Below, one piece after another: positions 41,765-45,850 of a stretch of DNA of 45,850 nt (its first letter is position 1; every line of letters begins with the position of its first letter). The stretch covers positions 1 through 45,850 of the IMG/VR virus record IMGVR_UViG_3300005805_000142; one strand, given 5' to 3'. Made by a program: the position numbers and the translations under genes. The DNA is from a virus. Lineage: Duplodnaviria > Caudoviricetes. A model generated the notes under the pieces. It worked only from the letters and a program-made list of their open reading frames with translations, ran no database searches and was not told the origin of the DNA.

Positions 41765-44170
41765 TTATCCTTGTCCTAGATCTCTGTAATATCTGAAACC
41801 CACTCTAGTCGGTGCTTGATTAGAAGTTGTTCTAGTTGTGGGCGTGCTGTTGTTATTTGCAGTGGTGCTGTTGTTTACTATTTGTGTTGCTGGTGCCGTA
41901 TCACCTATGGGGCTGGTTTTTGGAGCTTCCTGCTCTTTGACGTCTACAGCCTGTGCGTCCACCGGAGTCACAGTGCCTGTCTTATCTTCTTCAGTGACTT
42001 CTGGCCCTTGGGGTCCTGGCATTCTTAGGCATTTGAGTTTTTGTTTCCATTGCCCATCTGTGAAGGTATTTTCACAGGCTACTACTCTGTATATACCGCC
42101 GAAGGGGCTCTCTTTTCCTTCGTCTGAAAATTTATATAGTCCTTCTGTTTCGTCAATGTCAAGAGGTGTCTTAAATGTTAGATAGATATAGACATTGCCG
42201 CTTTCATAGTTCATAGTCCCGTCGTTGGTTATTTGACTGGTCGGTGACGGTGCTTCTGCAAAATAGTTGGCTATTCCGCTGTCTACCAGCCAATAGGGAT
42301 CTCCCATTATTTCTAGATTAACAGAAATTAGATCGGCACTGTTACCGCTGAGGAACGCCTGTTGCATGGTTTCTGCTACGTTTTGTTCTACTGACTTAGT
42401 ACCCGATCCTCCTTTGTATCCCTTCAACAATCTAGGATCTCGTTTTGGCCTGGCTCTGCCTAGTTGTGCAGCTTGAGAAGCAGGTGCTTGACCTTTACCT
42501 GTTCCGGTAGTAGGATTTAATACCTCTGCAGATGTTTGATCATTGTTGCTGGTCTTTGATGCATCTTTTTCAGATGAGGGATTGGCCCCTGTATAAAATA
42601 AATTATTAATTTCTATGTCGAATCTTATTACGTCAACATTCTGACCTGTATAGATATATTGATATTCTTTGACCACTGATTTCATCAGTTCATGATATCC
42701 CACAGGGGCTGCATTGACATTTGAAAAAATTGATTGGTGGATATAATACGGAACAACACGATATGTAATTTTTTTCGCAAAGTCTCCTGTTAGAGTATCT
42801 AGTTCCAGGAGTTCAATCTGTGCATCTAGCTTAAACCATTTAATAAATCCTTCTGGAGTGACTTTATCATTGATAGCACTGTAGGCATACTTTGAACTCA
42901 ACACAACTTGATTTATAATAGCAGTCAGTGATTGCCCCTGACCGAACTGGAATGCTCGAAGCTTGGGATCTATGGTCATTCCCTCCCGTTTCACTATGCC
43001 TGTTTTTTCATCTATAGTATCTCCGGCACGCTTAAAGGTGTTTGCCCCACCTTTGAGTTGATCAAATCCAAGATCTGAAATACCTATTTCATTCATTGGC
43101 AACAGGGCTTGGGGCACAGCTTTTGTTGCACTTCCAATTACAATAGACGGAGGCTGTGAATTAGGGTCGACTGTGGCTGATTTTATTTGTTCCTTGTTAC
43201 CTCCGGAAGAATACCAATCGCTGCTAGTTTTTGGAAACTGTATGACATATACATCGGTTTCTGTGATCTTTTTTTCGGCTTTTAGTTTTTCTTCATTTCT
43301 GTTCAGCACTGCGGTTAGACCGTCTGCGCTGGTTTGCAACACTTCTGCTACTACTCCTAGGCTTTTAGAGTCACCGGCAATTTTCAAATCGTTGTATGTG
43401 ACATTTATAGCATCTGAAAATGCCTGATGATTGTAAGGAATGCCTTCTACCTTGTAATTAGAACCAGCTTCGGTCACGGTAAATTTCATTGACACTAGTT
43501 TCAAGACAAAAAACTTAGGCTTGATTGAGCTTATAGCGACTCCGAGTTCATCAAATCCCTGTATATCCATTCTCAGTACATAAGGACAATTATCTAGATA
43601 ACTGAGATATCCTGCATTTATAGCCGCAGCCTGCATGCTCTGTAACAACAGACCCATAGACTGCGGTTCTACGATATCAAATGTAAATTTAATAGCATTA
43701 CTGTTACCGGTCTTTTCGTTAGCACCAATTATGCTGTTCATTACAAAATTGTTTATGAAATATTCCGGAGCTCCAAATAACGTATTAACCCGTTGATTAT
43801 CAAATCTGCCGCCGGAGCTAAACACAACATTTTGTAATTCCTGCGGACTGTTTCTATATGATGCAGGATTGTTGAATTGCGCTGGTGTCAATGCTGCCAA
43901 CGTCCATAGGATCGTGCTGGTGGCAAAGTCTTCCATGGGATTACGAGTCAGTGCTGGTAATTTTTTTGATACTGCTGAGGATACTTTTTTAGGATCAACT
44001 GCTACTTTGCTTACACCGTCTTTAATCGGATCAGTGGCTCTAGCGACTTCTGCTTCGGTAGTACGAAAGGCCACACCTACATTATATCCCGCAGCAGTGT
44101 CAAAAGGTATGACCGGTGTGCCGTCTGGCTTCTTAAGTTCTGATATCCTTCCTAGTTCTCTAAAAGCCAT
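41765..44170 (-). CDS. baseplate hub protein, gp27-like
   Basis: Position between the gp53-like and gp5-like genes. C-terminal LEIMGDPYWL...F.G.Y.V...EN.F..G.W.Q.L pattern typical of hub proteins. Confidence 0.65.
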   Translation of the reverse strand: MAFRELGRISELKKPDGTPVIPFDTAAGYNVGVAFRTTEAEVARATDPIKDGVSKVAVDPKKVSSAVSKKLPALTRNPMEDFATSTILWTLAALTPAQFNNPASYRNSPQELQNVVFSSGGRFDNQRVNTLFGAPEYFINNFVMNSIIGANEKTGNSNAIKFTFDIVEPQSMGLLLQSMQAAAINAGYLSYLDNCPYVLRMDIQGFDELGVAISSIKPKFFVLKLVSMKFTVTEAGSNYKVEGIPYNHQAFSDAINVTYNDLKIAGDSKSLGVVAEVLQTSADGLTAVLNRNEEKLKAEKKITETDVYVIQFPKTSSDWYSSGGNKEQIKSATVDPNSQPPSIVIGSATKAVPQALLPMNEIGISDLGFDQLKGGANTFKRAGDTIDEKTGIVKREGMTIDPKLRAFQFGQGQSLTAIINQVVLSSKYAYSAINDKVTPEGFIKWFKLDAQIELLELDTLTGDFAKKITYRVVPYYIHQSIFSNVNAAPVGYHELMKSVVKEYQYIYTGQNVDVIRFDIEINNLFYTGANPSSEKDASKTSNNDQTSAEVLNPTTGTGKGQAPASQAAQLGRARPKRDPRLLKGYKGGSGTKSVEQNVAETMQQAFLSGNSADLISVNLEIMGDPYWLVDSGIANYFAEAPSPTSQITNDGTMNYESGNVYIYLTFKTPLDIDETEGLYKFSDEGKESPFGGIYRVVACENTFTDGQWKQKLKCLRMPGPQGPEVTEEDKTGTVTPVDAQAVDVKEQEAPKTSPIGDTAPATQIVNNSTTANNNSTPTTRTTSNQAPTRVGFRYYRDLGQG

Positions 44171-44171
44171 T

Positions 44172-44471
44172 TCACACTCCTAGAAACTTTGATAGATTGC
44201 TTTTCTTAGGTAGGTATATAGCAGTGCCTGGACTAAAATCATAGATAGGATCTTTCAATACCGTCATATTACGCTGCACAAATACCCACCATAATTTCGC
44301 ATTGCCATAGAGATCATAGGCTAACAGGTCTGGTCTATTACGATATTGATTTTCTATAACATATCTTACATCGTCTGCTTCGGCCGGGACTGGACGTATA
44401 TCTAACAGCTCTAGATACAGATTGTTCTGTTGTGTGTTGGCCCACGGACTTGCTTTCGTATATTTTGCCAT
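44172..44471 (-). CDS. gp53: baseplate wedge subunit, gp53-like (LysM-like)
   Basis: RPDLLAYDLYGNAKLWWVF...N..L.DPI.D...G..I.LP. Confidence 0.82.
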   Translation of the reverse strand: MAKYTKASPWANTQQNNLYLELLDIRPVPAEADDVRYVIENQYRNRPDLLAYDLYGNAKLWWVFVQRNMTVLKDPIYDFSPGTAIYLPKKSNLSKFLGV

Positions 44472-45793
44472 TAGATGTATCCTACCTGACCGGTGGCTTC
44501 AGCTAGACTGCCCCGTGAATAGTCTTGCAGACTGAATTTACGCATTCTAGCTCTGGTGTAGACTGGTGACACAGTTATCGAAACTGTGCTGAGCACCGGC
44601 ACCCATGTTGTAGATCCAAACGATTCGCATTTTACATAGTTGACATCATCTTTAAGATCCACTGAAAAACTTTTTATGATCACTGGAACATTGTCAAACA
44701 CACTGGCTCCATATCCTTTGAGGATGCAGATTATTGGAGGATTGCCTGCCAACTCACCCTGACCAAAAAACATCTTGGTGGCTGTCTTGAAGAAGGTGGT
44801 GGCAGCGATCCAATATTCTGCGTCACTTTCAGTTTCACAACTAAACTCCCCGGAAATCTGTATGTCGTCCACTGAGCTGCCTTTGTAGGCGTAGTTGGTA
44901 TAGTTGTTGTGTACCGTGTTGATCGAAGTGTATTCTGCCTTGGTGGCCACAGTGATGCTGGGTAGGTATGGCCATACCACTCCGCCAGTGAGTTTCAGTC
45001 TTTCGAAAATAGGGCTGTCAAAAATATTCCATTGGCAATCTATTCTCACACGCCAATCATTTTTAGAACTTACATCTAATTTTATCGGTTCGCCGTTCTT
45101 GCTGAACGCCTCTGCTCCCTTTGGCAGATTTGCAGCACGTTTCAGACTAAGTATATTGTTAAGCATACCGGCAGCTGAGCTTACCTGTCCTGCGACTTTC
45201 ATCAACCCGCCAGCAAGACTGCCGCCTGTTAATTTGTTTATGGTACCGGAGATATCTGCTGCAATGTTACTGGTCGATCCTGCCACAGTACGTAAAGAAT
45301 CCACAGCACTGCCAAATTTACTTCTGGCAGCATCAGCGAATCCTCCCATGCCGGTAGTTGCTCCTCCAGCGCCTGTTGCTGCTGCTAGCGGACTGGTTCC
45401 TCTTAGGGCATTATTGGCTAATGCTGTAGACTGGCTAAAGGCTGCATTGACATTTCCGGTGGATCCGTTGAGGCCTGACCCAAGTTCTCCTGATGCTCTG
45501 GAAATCTTTGAATCTAATTCGGCCTTGGCCTGTGTGAACTCTCCAGGCAAGGTAGCTGCATCAGCTTCTTGTGTTTTTTGGATGCTGTCTGAAAAGGATG
45601 CCACTAGGCTGGCAAACGGATTGATCGGCGGTCCGCTGGAACTGTTACTGAATCCAAATGATGCGGTCAATGATTCGTTGAGTTTACGATTGTTGGCCAC
45701 TTGCTCTGCAGTGATGCCCTCGGGATCTCCGCTGGCAGCATTTATTCTTGCGGCTTCCTCTGCAGGTGTTTCAGGATAGGTTTTTCTCGCCAT
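44471..45793 (-). CDS. tail tube initiator/baseplate-tube junction protein (gp48/gp54-like) with low-complexity N-terminal extension
   Basis: C-terminal WPYLPSITV...Y...H.NY...S.VDDIQISGEF...PP...L.GYG...F.NVPV.I.SF tube-like fold pattern, located before the gp53-like gene. Confidence 0.65.
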   Translation of the reverse strand: MARKTYPETPAEEAARINAASGDPEGITAEQVANNRKLNESLTASFGFSNSSSGPPINPFASLVASFSDSIQKTQEADAATLPGEFTQAKAELDSKISRASGELGSGLNGSTGNVNAAFSQSTALANNALRGTSPLAAATGAGGATTGMGGFADAARSKFGSAVDSLRTVAGSTSNIAADISGTINKLTGGSLAGGLMKVAGQVSSAAGMLNNILSLKRAANLPKGAEAFSKNGEPIKLDVSSKNDWRVRIDCQWNIFDSPIFERLKLTGGVVWPYLPSITVATKAEYTSINTVHNNYTNYAYKGSSVDDIQISGEFSCETESDAEYWIAATTFFKTATKMFFGQGELAGNPPIICILKGYGASVFDNVPVIIKSFSVDLKDDVNYVKCESFGSTTWVPVLSTVSITVSPVYTRARMRKFSLQDYSRGSLAEATGQVGYI

Positions 45794-45819
45794 TTTGAAC
45801 AGATTTCCTTGTTATAGAC

Positions 45820-45825
45820 TATTTA
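45820..45825 (-). promoter_or_regulatory. TAAATA late-promoter-like box heading the baseplate operon
   Basis: AATAAATA ~27 nt upstream of ATG 45793, followed by an AAGGA RBS. Confidence 0.6.
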
Positions 45826-45839
45826 TTATTAGAAAAATG

Positions 45840-45848
45840 TGCTATTAT
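45840..45848 (+). promoter_or_regulatory. possible extended -10 element (TGnTATTAT) for a divergent gene beyond the window
   Basis: TGcTATTAT at the window edge in AT-rich intergenic DNA. The downstream gene is not visible. Confidence 0.25.
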
Positions 45849-45850
45849 AT

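Noticed and set aside
44904-45779. 291-aa plus-strand ORF antisense to the tube-initiator gene
   Set aside because: Antisense shadow of an Ala/Gly/Ser-rich gene, with a non-ATG start, no RBS and no motifs.
22496-45793. Bacterial contractile injection system (eCIS/T6SS/tailocin) origin
   Set aside because: The T4-type gp6/gp53/gp25 arrangement, multiple phage fibres, TAAATA late boxes and lack of host genes fit a large lytic phage better.
1-45850. Stop-codon reassignment (common in some large phages)
   Set aside because: Genes are intact and tightly packed under code 11, and TAA, TAG and TGA all end genes at sensible junctions.
1-45850. CRISPR array, tRNA or structured ncRNA gene
   Set aside because: No intergenic gap exceeds ~60 nt, and no spaced direct repeats or cloverleaf motifs were seen.

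Overview
This window is a densely packed segment of a large T4-like (contractile-tail) phage genome in the standard genetic code. The right ~34 kb (11375-45793, all minus strand) is a baseplate/tail module. It holds gp48/54-like, gp53-like, gp27-like hub, gp5-like spike (no lysozyme domain seen), gp25 and gp6 genes, a 4592-aa giant baseplate protein with FG-GAP-like propeller and CBM-like modules, four paralogous fibre proteins sharing an N-terminal anchor, a fibre chaperone and two paralogous Ser/Thr-rich proteins. Directly downstream on the same strand is a chain of overlapping genes (11315 to 5737): two pairs of GT-A glycosyltransferase-like genes, two hypotheticals and a radical SAM enzyme. 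This is followed by an oppositely oriented AT-rich cassette (two GT10-like proteins and an SGNH-fold protein) and a variant UDP-sugar 6-dehydrogenase. A TAAATA late-promoter-like hexamer sits in nearly every larger intergenic gap. The most striking non-coding signals are two hairpins. One is a long imperfect hairpin filling 11318-11375, with TAAATA at its apex and the RBS of the first glyco-operon gene in its 3' arm. The other is a perfect 10-bp palindrome at 2594-2620 that yields two opposed TAAATA boxes. Together they suggest a late-gated, tail-linked virion glycosylation system (hypothesis). I found no tRNA, CRISPR array, reverse transcriptase or mobile element. All family calls are by-eye motif recognition, not database searches.
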